The notes: generated from the letters alone by a model not told the origin. Shown: positions 54,272-64,000, counted from the first letter of the stretch. The stretch is DNA of 64,000 bases from Patescibacteria group bacterium (GCA_018897295.1 JAHILA010000009.1:3154-67153), one strand, 5' to 3'. A program made the numbers and translations.

Positions 54272-57200
54272 AAAAACAGATTTTTACAATCTTGTTAATC
54301 GCAACAATTCTCGGTTCAACAATAGGCGCTTTCTTGTTTAATCCCAAAAAAGCAAATGCGGTTTTCGGAATCGGAGATATAAGTATAGATATAGTAAATC
54401 AGATTAAGGACTGGGTGCTTGATCAATTGCCAAAAACAGTTGCCAGGAGCATGATGGTCCGCTTGCAACAAGAAATAGCGCGCTGGGCCCAAGGGGGATT
54501 TACAGATCAAAATAAGCCATTTGCAATGATAAGCTGGAAACAAGAAGTTAAAAACGCATTGCAAATTGCCTCTAGCAGATTTGTTAGTGAATTCAATCTC
54601 ACTCCTCTCTGCTCGCCATTCAAAGTTTCCCTCGGCACTGCCCTTGGAATTAATATGCCTGGAGGCGCAATACCTTATAGAACATACGCTGCTTGTACAA
54701 TTAGCGATATTGTGGATAATGTTGAAGAATTTTACAAAAATCCATCCATTGCCATGTATGGATGGGATACCTGGACTGCATTAGCCCAGCCAAACAATAA
54801 TTTTATTGGTTCATTTATGATGGCGGTTTCAGAAAGGAAAAGATTAGAGCAGGAAGAAATAACAGAAGTGGAAAAAGAAGTTGAAGCTGGTCAAGGAATT
54901 AAAAATGAAGCAATATGCAATCTAACCGACCAGCAAGATTGCGCGACAAATTGCAACCAGTATCCTAACATCATAAACGGGCTTCCGAATCCACTTTATG
55001 TTGCTTGTATGAAATCCTGCGAAAAATCTTCAATCGGCGCTTGTCTTGAAAAAACCACCAAAAAACTCGGTTCAGAAATAAAAACCAGCGTTGACGAGGC
55101 AATTGGAAGCGATATGGGCTGGTTAATTACTGCGGACGAAATAACAGAAATGATGAATCTGGTATTTTCCGGATTATTCAATAAACTAACTCACGGCATT
55201 AATGGAATGCTAACCAAAGGAAGCTCTTCAACAACTATAATATCCAAGAACCAGGCAGAATACGGATATTATGAAGATTACAAAAAAAACCAGACACCAC
55301 AGGACATCACAAAAGTAAAAGGAGATATTCTAAATAATATTTTAAAATCAATCCAAGGCGTATCTACTGCAGGATATGCCTGCGACAAGAGTGAACAAAT
55401 AAAGGGTGATATTTTTAGAGAAGTGGCTACGGATGTTTTAAATGAAGAGTCGCAGCACCTTTATACAGTAATGGAAGGCATTAATTTGAAACCGGACTAT
55501 GAAGTTCTTGATACGCAGCCAGCAGTTGATAACAAAATAGCGATATATGGCAAAACCTGGGATGATGTTCCTTTTAATAAATATCCGGAAAAATGCGCCA
55601 GTATTGCAAATAAAAAATGTAGCGACATTAAAACCGGTCTGCCTTATGAATTGAGTATAAATAATATTAATAGCGAATGCGCTACGGGATGCCTGGAACA
55701 GATAAATAATTACCAGGCAGAATGCTTAAGTACATTTAACGGATGCGAATATAACTGTAAAGACGAAACATGCAAAACCGCCTGCCATACTGCATATTCA
55801 GCTTGCTATAATGCGGCAAAAACAAAAGCAGTTAATGATAAAAAATGCTCAAGCATCGCAGTTGCTGATGCCTGTTTGAATGGGCAGGCATTGATAAGCA
55901 AGGCAAGAAATAGTTGCAGCGACTGTGTTAAAAAATATGAAGATTTCTGCGCATTAAAGAAAACCAAAGCAGAAAAAGACCTTTGCGTGCAAGAAAGCTG
56001 CAGTAATTATGAAGATATAAGCTCATCAATTAAAAGCGCGCAGGATTTCTATGACCGCTGCGCTTTAAATGAAACGAAATACTCCTGCGAAGTTTGTTTA
56101 AAAGAATATTTTATGCCAGCGGATTATTGCGGACAAATTTATGACTATATAAACCGCGCATTCGTTAAATATCCTGCCTTGGTTTATCATAATACCTGGT
56201 GGGGAGGATGGGTCAATTTTGAAGGGCAGTCTGAAGAACTTCTTAAAAATCCCTTTGTTGCCTGCGCCCCTCCCAATAATTCAGAATTTCTTTCAACTGC
56301 TTTAACCTGCCGCATCTTGCCTGACTTCCAGTTTCCCGGAGGAGGAACCTGTAAAACATTATGCAAAACAACTGAGGAAGAATTAAAAAATATTACTGAT
56401 AATAAACCGCAGGAACTTGATTGCATTGGACCATTAAAAGATCCAGCGCATCCAGAATGGGGAGGAGTGTGGCGTTCCGGAGGTTTGAGCCCAGGCGGAC
56501 AATATGCTACTTATTTGGCCAAGAAAAAAATCAAATGCTGCGCTGCTGTAACCGGGCATATGCCAATGGATTATAGGCTATGCAGAGGGATTACGTCAGA
56601 TCCAGTAGCTGAGGAAGAATTAGAAGGATGGTGCGATGATAAAGGCAGACCACTATGGAAAAATCCGGAATGTTTTTGCGAGAAAGGTTGGCGGCCGATT
56701 GATCTCACAAAAAATACTACAACAGGTTCTGATTTTTATTCTCCATGGTATAATGTCGGTCGCGACGAACCAGAAGAAACATGCAGCAGGGCATCAGGCG
56801 GTGTCAATATTTTAGTACCAAATATGGCAAAAGCGAATAAGGCCATTCTTGAAACTAATTCTGCTGCAGGAGGAAGTATTGTATATGTTGCTGAACACGA
56901 AGCCATTGATCCAGATTTAAATTCTTGTTTATATGAAAAAGTTTGCGCTGGAACAAATTTGCCTCTATGTGAAAACAGAACAATGACAACAAGTTGTGAT
57001 TTTGTGGCAAATCCGCCTGCTGGTATAATTTGTTCTGAAGAAACCGTTCATACTCCATCTGCTTACAATTGTTGCAATTCCGGAGGAGTAGAAAGCGGGA
57101 AAGGAGTAATAAAAGTTGAATGCGATTTAAGCGGATACAGAAACCAAGAAGTGTTTTTGGGAGTTTATGATAATGATAAAACGGATTGCAGAACTGTAGT

Positions 57201-57315
57201 TCATATGTGTATTGAATGCGACCCCAGCGACCTTGGTTATGACGGAGGCAGTTATGGATTTAGAGACAAATTAGGTAATCCCATTGACCAATGCAATTGG
57301 AAAGTTGGGATTTAA
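54268..57315 (+). CDS. 1015-aa secreted cysteine-rich protein (~70 Cys)
   Basis: Signal peptide MKKQIFTILLIATILGSTIGAFLFNPKKANA. Dense CxxxC/CxC patterns throughout. No TM helix after the signal. Confidence 0.5.
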   Translation: MKKQIFTILLIATILGSTIGAFLFNPKKANAVFGIGDISIDIVNQIKDWVLDQLPKTVARSMMVRLQQEIARWAQGGFTDQNKPFAMISWKQEVKNALQIASSRFVSEFNLTPLCSPFKVSLGTALGINMPGGAIPYRTYAACTISDIVDNVEEFYKNPSIAMYGWDTWTALAQPNNNFIGSFMMAVSERKRLEQEEITEVEKEVEAGQGIKNEAICNLTDQQDCATNCNQYPNIINGLPNPLYVACMKSCEKSSIGACLEKTTKKLGSEIKTSVDEAIGSDMGWLITADEITEMMNLVFSGLFNKLTHGINGMLTKGSSSTTIISKNQAEYGYYEDYKKNQTPQDITKVKGDILNNILKSIQGVSTAGYACDKSEQIKGDIFREVATDVLNEESQHLYTVMEGINLKPDYEVLDTQPAVDNKIAIYGKTWDDVPFNKYPEKCASIANKKCSDIKTGLPYELSINNINSECATGCLEQINNYQAECLSTFNGCEYNCKDETCKTACHTAYSACYNAAKTKAVNDKKCSSIAVADACLNGQALISKARNSCSDCVKKYEDFCALKKTKAEKDLCVQESCSNYEDISSSIKSAQDFYDRCALNETKYSCEVCLKEYFMPADYCGQIYDYINRAFVKYPALVYHNTWWGGWVNFEGQSEELLKNPFVACAPPNNSEFLSTALTCRILPDFQFPGGGTCKTLCKTTEEELKNITDNKPQELDCIGPLKDPAHPEWGGVWRSGGLSPGGQYATYLAKKKIKCCAAVTGHMPMDYRLCRGITSDPVAEEELEGWCDDKGRPLWKNPECFCEKGWRPIDLTKNTTTGSDFYSPWYNVGRDEPEETCSRASGGVNILVPNMAKANKAILETNSAAGGSIVYVAEHEAIDPDLNSCLYEKVCAGTNLPLCENRTMTTSCDFVANPPAGIICSEETVHTPSAYNCCNSGGVESGKGVIKVECDLSGYRNQEVFLGVYDNDKTDCRTVVHMCIECDPSDLGYDGGSYGFRDKLGNPIDQCNWKVGI

Positions 57316-57333
57316 ATAAAATATTAAGCATAG

Positions 57334-59475
57334 ATGAATACAAAATCAAAATTTAAAATCGTAATACCAATAATTATATTAGCAGTGGTTGTTTCTGGAC
57401 TAGCCATGCCTAGTTCTGTTAATGCAGGAGTTTTGCATGAGGCAGGAAAAGGAATTTTTAGCGTACTTGGAGAGATTATACGAACATGTTTGATGAAACT
57501 ACTTACAACTGCTGTTTCGCTCTTTGAAGGAGCTTTGGGCATAGGATTTGACAGCAAAACCACTGAAGTTGTAAAAACAGGATGGACAGCGTGTAGAGAT
57601 TTCGCAAATATGCTGTTTATCCTTATTATGGTGATAATCGCTTTTGGCACTATTTTGCGCATTGAACAATATGGAGTGAAAAAACTCCTGCCAAAAATAA
57701 TAGGAATCGCGCTTTTAATAAATTTTAGTTTTGTGCTTTGTTCGGTGATTGTTGATTTTAGCAATATTACCGCTAATTTTTTTATAAAAGACATTAAAGG
57801 AAAAATCGGTAGTCAAGGCGGTGAAAAGGGAATGATAACAGCAGTATTCGCCGATGCTTTCAATATAACGGGGACGGCTATAACTATAACGGATTGTGAT
57901 AACATCTATAAAGGACTTATATCTAATTGTAAAAGTGATGCTGATTGTGTTGAAAATGCTAACGGAATATTAAAAAAATGCAGAAAAGACCAAGGAATAG
58001 AAGTCAAAGTGGAAGATGAAGCATTTCTTGATATTTTTTTTGGAATTGTACTCGGCTCTATAGTAATGATTATGGCTATTTTTGCTTTGTCTGCCGGAGC
58101 GCTAATGATTTTATTCAGAATAATAGCTATTTGGTTTTTAATAACAATCGTTCCATTGGCTTTTATATGTTATGCATTACCTGGACTTCAAGAAAATTGG
58201 AAAAAATGGTGGACAAAATTCTTGCATTGGTGCATATTCGCCCCTGCGTATACATTTTTTATCTGGATAGCAATACAAATAGCTACTACTCAGGCAAACA
58301 AAAAAATAGGCATGATTGCCAGCCAATATGCTATTACGGGAAATTATAAAGTAACTGCAAATGCTTTTCAGAGTAATCCTGGAGGAGAATTAATCAGTTT
58401 CTTTATTATTATTGGTTTTCTTGTTGGAAGTATAGTAGTGGCGCAAGCACTTGGTATCCATGGCGCAAATGCGGTTATGAAAATAGCCACAGATACCAAA
58501 AAAGGAGTAGCCGGATGGATGGGGCGACAAGCTATGCGACCAACAAAAGGTCTCGGCAGACTTGCAGGCGCCGGCGCTTTAACGGCAGGAGGAGCATTGT
58601 TTGGCGGAAAACTTGGCAGAAGAATGCGAGCTAGAGCTACCGAAATGAGAATGAGACCTGAAAAGGATCCTCGAAACGTAGCATATGAAAGATTAATTTC
58701 TACTATGTCAGACGGGGATGTAATGAAAGAATCAATGGTCAAAGGTATAACCCCAGGACAAAAAATCAGAAAATTAATAGCTACTCGCAATGCAGCCAGA
58801 AGAGGATTATTAAGAGATGCCACTACAAATGAAGCCGGGGAAGCAATGAAAACATTTAAGGGTTTCAATGATTTTGAAGCTTATCAAAAACTAAAAGAAA
58901 CAAGACTTGATGCCATAGAAAATAATACAGAACGAGATAATACAACCCAGAAAGTGGTTCAAGAAGGAAACATCAATAAAATTCCAGCCATTGCTCTTAA
59001 AGACGAACGCGTTGTTGCCGCCCTAGGAAGATTTGCATCGGCTGTTCAAATAGAATCATTAAGAAATGCCTCTCCTCAACACGCAACAAACTTAAAAACA
59101 TCGCTAGATACTTTAACTACTGTCGGAAACGCAATTTTATCTGGTATGAGCGCTTTGGACCAAGAAAAAATCCATCATTCTTATGCCTCTCAAACCGGTG
59201 ATATAGATCGTATGTCTTCTGCGCAACTAGTGAATTGGGCAAAGAAATCTGGTGCCGATGGGATTAAAAGAATTAGTTCAGCTAGTTCATCTGCCAACTT
59301 AGAAATTTTGGCAAATAATATGCCTACCAACCAACTTGCCAATATCGTTGAAAAAATGCAAGATAATGTAGCGGCTAAAAATATGGTAAGATATCTTTCT
59401 ACCGCAACAAGCCCAATTGCTGCTGCCAATAAATTCGCTGTTAATAATAATCCCTATCTTAAAACTCTTATCTAA
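57334..59475 (+). CDS. Polytopic membrane protein, VirB6/TrbL-like, with long hydrophilic C-terminal tail
   Basis: Signal/TM helix, then at least 6 hydrophobic helices and ~330 aa of hydrophilic tail. Position is upstream of the PrgI-like and VirB4 genes. Confidence 0.4.
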   Translation: MNTKSKFKIVIPIIILAVVVSGLAMPSSVNAGVLHEAGKGIFSVLGEIIRTCLMKLLTTAVSLFEGALGIGFDSKTTEVVKTGWTACRDFANMLFILIMVIIAFGTILRIEQYGVKKLLPKIIGIALLINFSFVLCSVIVDFSNITANFFIKDIKGKIGSQGGEKGMITAVFADAFNITGTAITITDCDNIYKGLISNCKSDADCVENANGILKKCRKDQGIEVKVEDEAFLDIFFGIVLGSIVMIMAIFALSAGALMILFRIIAIWFLITIVPLAFICYALPGLQENWKKWWTKFLHWCIFAPAYTFFIWIAIQIATTQANKKIGMIASQYAITGNYKVTANAFQSNPGGELISFFIIIGFLVGSIVVAQALGIHGANAVMKIATDTKKGVAGWMGRQAMRPTKGLGRLAGAGALTAGGALFGGKLGRRMRARATEMRMRPEKDPRNVAYERLISTMSDGDVMKESMVKGITPGQKIRKLIATRNAARRGLLRDATTNEAGEAMKTFKGFNDFEAYQKLKETRLDAIENNTERDNTTQKVVQEGNINKIPAIALKDERVVAALGRFASAVQIESLRNASPQHATNLKTSLDTLTTVGNAILSGMSALDQEKIHHSYASQTGDIDRMSSAQLVNWAKKSGADGIKRISSASSSANLEILANNMPTNQLANIVEKMQDNVAAKNMVRYLSTATSPIAAANKFAVNNNPYLKTLI

Positions 59476-59489
59476 ACTAAAACTAAATT

Positions 59490-59873
59490 ATGCCGGATTA
59501 TACTAATGAATTTAGAAAAAAGGTTAGTCAATTACCTCCAGAAATAAAAGAGGTTATGCTTTCCGATAAAACAACAAGTTTAATATCTGAAATTAATAAT
59601 AAATACAAACTAAACGCGAAACAAAGCGATAAACTTCCCATCCTTATTGGAAAAATTTTCATTAAAGAAATTTCTTTCGGAGATTTTATCAACTTATTAA
59701 AAACCCAACTAAACATTGACTCTGAAATCGCAAAATTAATAACCATTGATATTGCTAAAAATATTTTTATTCCGATAAAAAGATACTTTCCAGGAATAGA
59801 ATCTTTAACGCCAAATACTACCCAACCTAAAAATGAAAATATTGTTAATCTAAAAAATTTAAATCGCGAATAA
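59490..59873 (+). CDS. Hypothetical protein in the T4SS-like cluster
   Basis: ORF only. Confidence 0.35.
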   Translation: MPDYTNEFRKKVSQLPPEIKEVMLSDKTTSLISEINNKYKLNAKQSDKLPILIGKIFIKEISFGDFINLLKTQLNIDSEIAKLITIDIAKNIFIPIKRYFPGIESLTPNTTQPKNENIVNLKNLNRE

Positions 59874-59879
59874 TACAAA

Positions 59880-60308
59880 ATGCAATTTCAAGTCCCTCAA
59901 TTTATTGATATTGAAGACAAGGTTATCGGGCCTTTGACAATAAAGCAATTCCTGTATTTACTGGCAGCAGGAGCAATCATTTTTATCCTCTATAAAATCC
60001 TGAATTTCTATGCAATAATTATTCTGGCAATACCTATTCTCGGAATCACTATTCCTCTTGCTTTTATAAAAGTCCACGGCCAGCCGTTTATAAGTATAGT
60101 TAGCAACTTCTTCAGATTTTTAAGAAAACCGGATTTCTATGTCTGGAAAAAACCAATTGGCAAAAAACCGGCTCCAGAATCAGAGGAAACGGAAAACATC
60201 AAAATTATAAAGAAAATTACGGATAAAAAGGGGCAAAATAAGCCCATAGCAAAGAATAGTTTACAGGACTTAAATTGGAAGGTTGAGACCAATAAAGAAG
60301 AAGCGTAG
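59880..60308 (+). CDS. PrgI/TcpE-like small membrane protein (VirB3 analogue)
   Basis: N-terminus MQFQVPQFIDIEDKVIGPLTIKQ followed by two TM helices. Lies directly upstream of VirB4. Confidence 0.45.
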   Translation: MQFQVPQFIDIEDKVIGPLTIKQFLYLLAAGAIIFILYKILNFYAIIILAIPILGITIPLAFIKVHGQPFISIVSNFFRFLRKPDFYVWKKPIGKKPAPESEETENIKIIKKITDKKGQNKPIAKNSLQDLNWKVETNKEEA

Positions 60309-60322
60309 GAAGAATAAATAAT

Positions 60323-60952
60323 ATGCCTATAAAATTACCCAAAAACGTCTCGGGAATACAAAAATTCATCGAGGTCAAAGAAATAAAGAATGGAGTAGCA
60401 ATTATGAAAGACAATAGTATAAAAGCTGTTTGCGCCTGCTCCAGTATTAATTTTGACCTCTTGAGCCAAGTAGAACAAGAAGCATTAGTTGCCCGATTTC
60501 AAGAATTTCTTAATGCCCTTGATTTCCCAATCCAGATAATCATTGCTTCCCGCCATTTCCAAATTGATGATTATTTAAATCAAGTCAAAGAACTTGAGAA
60601 AATACAAACCAATGAACTCCTAAGAATCCAGACCAATGAATATATCAATTTTGTCCAGAGCTTTGTTGAATTCGCAAATATAATGAGTAAGTCGTTTTAT
60701 GTTATCGTCCCTTTCAGCGTTATGGAGTCCAGGCAGGAAGGATTTTTTGAAAAAGTAAAAAACATAATTTCCAGCGCAAAATCTTCAAAACAAAAATTTG
60801 AAACGGAAAAATTCAACCAATACAAAACCCAGCTTGAACAAAGAGTAAATATGGTTGTAGATGGATTACGGGGTCTCGGCATAAAAACCATTCCTTTAAA
60901 TGATGAGCAATTAACCCAGCTTTATTTTGAATTTTATAATGTAGAAAGATAA
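60323..60952 (+). CDS. VirB4-family N-terminal domain, encoded as a separate ORF
   Basis: IEVKEIKNGVAIMKDNSIKAVCACSSINFDLLSQVEQEALVARFQEFLNALDFPIQIII matches the N-terminal region of Gram-positive VirB4 proteins (TrsE/PrgJ/Orf16-like). Confidence 0.5.
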   Translation: MPIKLPKNVSGIQKFIEVKEIKNGVAIMKDNSIKAVCACSSINFDLLSQVEQEALVARFQEFLNALDFPIQIIIASRHFQIDDYLNQVKELEKIQTNELLRIQTNEYINFVQSFVEFANIMSKSFYVIVPFSVMESRQEGFFEKVKNIISSAKSSKQKFETEKFNQYKTQLEQRVNMVVDGLRGLGIKTIPLNDEQLTQLYFEFYNVER

Positions 60953-60957
60953 ATGTT

Positions 60958-62751
60958 ATGAGTTTATTCGGAAAGAAAAAATTAGCAATTGAAGAAATTT
61001 CGGAAATAGAAGAAACAGCTGAAATTGAAGCGAGTTTGGCTGATACGATTGCGCCTTCCGCTCTTCAGATTACTTCTAATTACATCCAAATCGGCGAAAG
61101 ATTCGCCCGCACATTTTTCATCATCACTTATCCCAGATTTTTGACTGTTAATTGGCTTTCGCCGATAATAAATCTGGACAGAGTGCTGAATGTTTCAATG
61201 TTTATCCATCCTACTGATACAGGAATAATCCTTAAAAAACTAAAAAGAAAAATAACACAAATAGAATCGCAGGTAAATATGGAGCAGGAACAAGGCAAAA
61301 TAAGAAATCCGATCCTGGAGACCGCTAGAGGCGATGTAGAGGATTTACGCGATAAATTAGTCCAAGGCACTGAAAAATTCTTCAAATACGGGCTTTACAT
61401 CACGATTTTTGAAGATTCAGTTGAAAAGCTCAATGAGGCAGAAGAACAAATAATGTCTTTATTTGAAGCAAAAATGGTTTATGCCAAACCAGCAATATTC
61501 CAGCAAGACGCAGGTTTAAACTCAACCCTTCCGCTTGGCAAAGATCAACTATTTATCACTAATTCGATGAACACAGCCCCGCTCTCCACTGTTTTCCCTT
61601 TTGTATCTTCAAATCTATCTTCAAATAAAGGTATTCTTTACGGAATAAACCGCCACAATAACAGCTTGATTATTTTCGACCGCTTTTCAATGGAAAACGG
61701 CAATATGGTGATTTTCGGAAAATCCGGAGGCGGAAAATCTTATGCAGTTAAAGTGGAAATTCTCAGGTCATTGATAATGGGGACAGACGTGATTGTTGTT
61801 GATCCGGAAAACGAATACCAGCATTTAGCTGAAACAGTTGATGGCGCCTATTTCAAAATTTCCCTGTCCTCTAATAGCCATATTAATCCTTTTGATATTT
61901 CTGCGCCCGGACCGGATGAAACAACAGAAGATGTTCTGCGTTCAAAGATAATGGATTTAGTAGGATTATTGAGAGTTGCTCTCGGGGAATTAACTCCTGA
62001 GGAAAATTCAATTTTAGACAGAGCGCTGACTGAAACTTACGCTTCTAAAGATATTACAATCCAATCTGACCTGAAAAATGTCACTTCGCCGCTAATGGAG
62101 GATTTAGAAACAGTGCTTGATAATATGGAAGGAGGAGATAGAATCGCGAAACGATTACAGCGCTATACTAAAGGAAGTTTTGCCGGATTTTTAAACCAGC
62201 CGACAAACATTGATATCCATAAAAAACTTATTGTATTCAGCACCAGGGATATGGAGGATGAGTTAAAGCCAGTGGCAATGTTTTTAATATTGCAATATAT
62301 CTGGAATCTCATTCGCTCAGATATGAAGAAGAGAATTATGGTTGTTGATGAGGCATGGTGGATGTTAAAAAGCGAAGCTGGCGGGTCCTTCCTTCATGGC
62401 ATTGCCAAAAGATGCAGAAAATACTGGCTTGGGCTCACAACAATCACCCAGGATATTCCGGATTTTATGAGCTCACCATACGGCAAGCCGATTGTTTCAA
62501 ATTCATCGCTCCAGATTCTCTTCAAGCAATCTCCTTCCAGTATTGAAGTTGTGCAGCAAACATTTAATCTGACTGATGAAGAAAAATATCTGCTTTTACA
62601 GGCAGATGTTGGAGAGGGGATATTTTTTGCCGGATTAAAACATGCTGCGATTAAGGTGGTGGCATCCTATACCGAAGACCAAATTGTAACCACTAATCCG
62701 GAACAAATAGTTAAAATTAATCAGGCCAAAGAAGAATTAGCAAGACAATAA
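60958..62751 (+). CDS. VirB4/TraC-like T4SS ATPase (C-terminal ATPase portion)
   Basis: Walker A GKSGGGKS. Walker B VVDEAW. 597 aa. Confidence 0.75.
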   Translation: MSLFGKKKLAIEEISEIEETAEIEASLADTIAPSALQITSNYIQIGERFARTFFIITYPRFLTVNWLSPIINLDRVLNVSMFIHPTDTGIILKKLKRKITQIESQVNMEQEQGKIRNPILETARGDVEDLRDKLVQGTEKFFKYGLYITIFEDSVEKLNEAEEQIMSLFEAKMVYAKPAIFQQDAGLNSTLPLGKDQLFITNSMNTAPLSTVFPFVSSNLSSNKGILYGINRHNNSLIIFDRFSMENGNMVIFGKSGGGKSYAVKVEILRSLIMGTDVIVVDPENEYQHLAETVDGAYFKISLSSNSHINPFDISAPGPDETTEDVLRSKIMDLVGLLRVALGELTPEENSILDRALTETYASKDITIQSDLKNVTSPLMEDLETVLDNMEGGDRIAKRLQRYTKGSFAGFLNQPTNIDIHKKLIVFSTRDMEDELKPVAMFLILQYIWNLIRSDMKKRIMVVDEAWWMLKSEAGGSFLHGIAKRCRKYWLGLTTITQDIPDFMSSPYGKPIVSNSSLQILFKQSPSSIEVVQQTFNLTDEEKYLLLQADVGEGIFFAGLKHAAIKVVASYTEDQIVTTNPEQIVKINQAKEELARQ

Positions 62752-62752
62752 T

Positions 62753-63166
62753 ATGGAAACAGCTATATCACAAAGAGAGCAAAGCGCCAAGTTGAATCAG
62801 GATAGAGCAAAAACAGATTCAACATCAAAGCAAAAAAGCGAAGAGTCCTCTCCTGATTTTTTGGGGCTGATAATTTTTCTTCCACTTGCCGTAGTGGCTG
62901 ACCTTTTAGGCGCACTTGATTTAACCGGTTTTGGGGTCATATTAGTCAGAATTATAAATATTCCTATTCTGGGCATCTTGTGGTTATGGAGGATTTTAAA
63001 ACAAGGACCAGGAAAACAAAGCTATTCCTATCAATTGATACTTACTTTTTTAGTGGAATTATCTCCATTCGGTATAATTCCCACCTGGACTACATTCGTT
63101 CTTTATTGCTGTTTTAAAGACACCAAATTAGGTAAACAAACAATCGGAAAAATGAAAAAAATATGA
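62753..63166 (+). CDS. Small membrane protein (2-3 TM helices)
   Basis: ORF with hydrophobic helices. ATGA overlap with the next gene. Confidence 0.4.
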   Translation: METAISQREQSAKLNQDRAKTDSTSKQKSEESSPDFLGLIIFLPLAVVADLLGALDLTGFGVILVRIINIPILGILWLWRILKQGPGKQSYSYQLILTFLVELSPFGIIPTWTTFVLYCCFKDTKLGKQTIGKMKKI

Positions 63167-63897
63167 ATAAAATATTTTCCATTATAATCATCTCAATTTT
63201 ACTGGGCGTCCCGTCCACAATTTTTGCCGCGGACAGCGCTTCGGATGTCAGAATAAATAAATTTGAATTAATCTGGTCTGCTGATACATATACTCCGTAT
63301 AATTATCAAGGGAGAAATCTTCCAACAATAGGAAGCAAGGTTATAATTGACGTAGTAATTGACACTTCCGGCGGCAATCCTTTAAATCTAAAATACAGCT
63401 GGTTTTTAGAAGATATTTTCCAGCAAAGCAAATCCGGATACGGCAAAGATAGTTTCTATTTTTATGTCCAGCAGAGGCCTGGCGCATACCATACTGTAAG
63501 ATTGCAGATATTTAATGATGACAGGACGGTTTTTGAAGAAAAATCCATTCAAATTCCAATAGCTGAACCTGAAATTATCTTTTATTCCTCCAATGGCAAT
63601 TCTCATTTTTCCAATCAAGCGAGCACAATTTACACTTTTTTGGCCGGCAAGACATTTTCTTTTGTTGCCAGGCCTTATTTCTTCAGTATTAATAAATTGA
63701 CCGATTTAATCTTTGAATGGACATTCTCGGGCAAAGAATCAATAATTTCTTCGGATTATGATGCAAGTATTTTCAATTTAACTATATCGGATAAGAATAA
63801 TGGACAAACCATTAAAAGTGACCTATGGGTAAACGTTAAAAATATTTTGGACGAAACCCAAAATGCTTTCAAATCAATGAAAATTAATATTTATTAA
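63163..63897 (+). CDS. Secreted hypothetical protein
   Basis: Signal peptide MNKIFSIIIISILLGVPSTIFA. Confidence 0.45.
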   Translation: MNKIFSIIIISILLGVPSTIFAADSASDVRINKFELIWSADTYTPYNYQGRNLPTIGSKVIIDVVIDTSGGNPLNLKYSWFLEDIFQQSKSGYGKDSFYFYVQQRPGAYHTVRLQIFNDDRTVFEEKSIQIPIAEPEIIFYSSNGNSHFSNQASTIYTFLAGKTFSFVARPYFFSINKLTDLIFEWTFSGKESIISSDYDASIFNLTISDKNNGQTIKSDLWVNVKNILDETQNAFKSMKINIY

Positions 63898-63898
63898 A

Positions 63899-64000
63899 AT
63901 GAAAAAATTTTTACCCATTATAATTTTCATCATCTTATTCGCAGGAGCGTGGCAAACCTGCCAGGCGATTGATTTGCTTATAAAGGATTATCCCAGTATA
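63899..64000 (+). CDS. Secreted hypothetical protein, 3'-truncated by the window edge
   Basis: ATG at 63899. MKKFLPIIIFIILFAGAWQTCQA signal-like N-terminus. Confidence 0.35.
   Translation, partial: MKKFLPIIIFIILFAGAWQTCQAIDLLIKDYPSI

Noticed and set aside
1-64000. CRISPR array
   Set aside because: No run of regularly spaced direct repeats was seen. The repeated GC motifs are irregularly spaced and palindromic, not CRISPR-like.

Overview
The window is a low-GC, gene-dense bacterial chromosome segment. Its gene content and the short versions of core proteins fit a small-genome lineage, possibly Patescibacteria/CPR-like; that placement is inference. Core housekeeping genes are interleaved with accessory regions.

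Housekeeping genes recognised from the ORF translations:
- RNase Y, iPGM, ClpP, a short trigger factor, NusA
- a MacAB-like tripartite ABC efflux operon, RNase J, GlmS, CCA-adding enzyme, PlsC
- rpsO followed by a NYN-domain gene and then pnp
- ComM/YifB, a UvrD-like helicase and KsgA

tRNA genes read directly from the sequence: Gly(UCC) (partial), Ala(CGC), Lys(UUU), Lys(CUU) and Arg(UCG).

Accessory and unusual content:
1. A family of GC-rich palindromic mini-elements (CCTGCCCGC ... GCGGGCGGGG) sits in the ~30% GC background. One copy is in-frame inside yraN, one abuts tRNA-Ala, and copies flank the intervening segment of the split tRNA-Lys(CUU).
2. A second element family is bounded by ~20-bp inverted repeats (CCCCGTAnTnGAATTTTCGAC) that end exactly at two gene start codons.
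3. A tRNA-Lys(CUU) gene is split in its D-stem by a 120-nt segment that holds a second, intact tRNA-Lys(CUU). GC-rich arms at the ends of that segment can pair to bring the two halves together.
4. At least four perfect DnaA-box 9-mers (TTATCCACA) lie in intergenic promoter regions, three of them 8-10 nt upstream of a TTGACA-like -35 element.
5. A defense island of about 14 kb carries an HNH nuclease, Zn-ribbon proteins, a thermonuclease, a protein with an HEPN-like R-x4-H motif, a single-polypeptide Type IIG restriction-modification enzyme, and a LexA-like repressor fused to a DNA methyltransferase with a convergent candidate endonuclease.
6. A putative phospho-relay operon encodes a SixA-like histidine phosphatase and two proteins with PEP-utilizing phosphohistidine domains.
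7. A three-Cys-motif protein is paired with a TcmP-like protein carrying a FAGTG motif.
8. A HigB/HigA-like toxin-antitoxin pair sits behind a palindromic operator.
9. The 3' end of the window carries a Gram-positive-type T4SS-like module: a VirB6/TrbL-like protein, a PrgI/VirB3-like protein, and a VirB4 ATPase split into two ORFs. A 1015-aa secreted protein with about 70 cysteines lies immediately upstream.

All calls rest on reading the ORF translations and the DNA. No database searches were possible.
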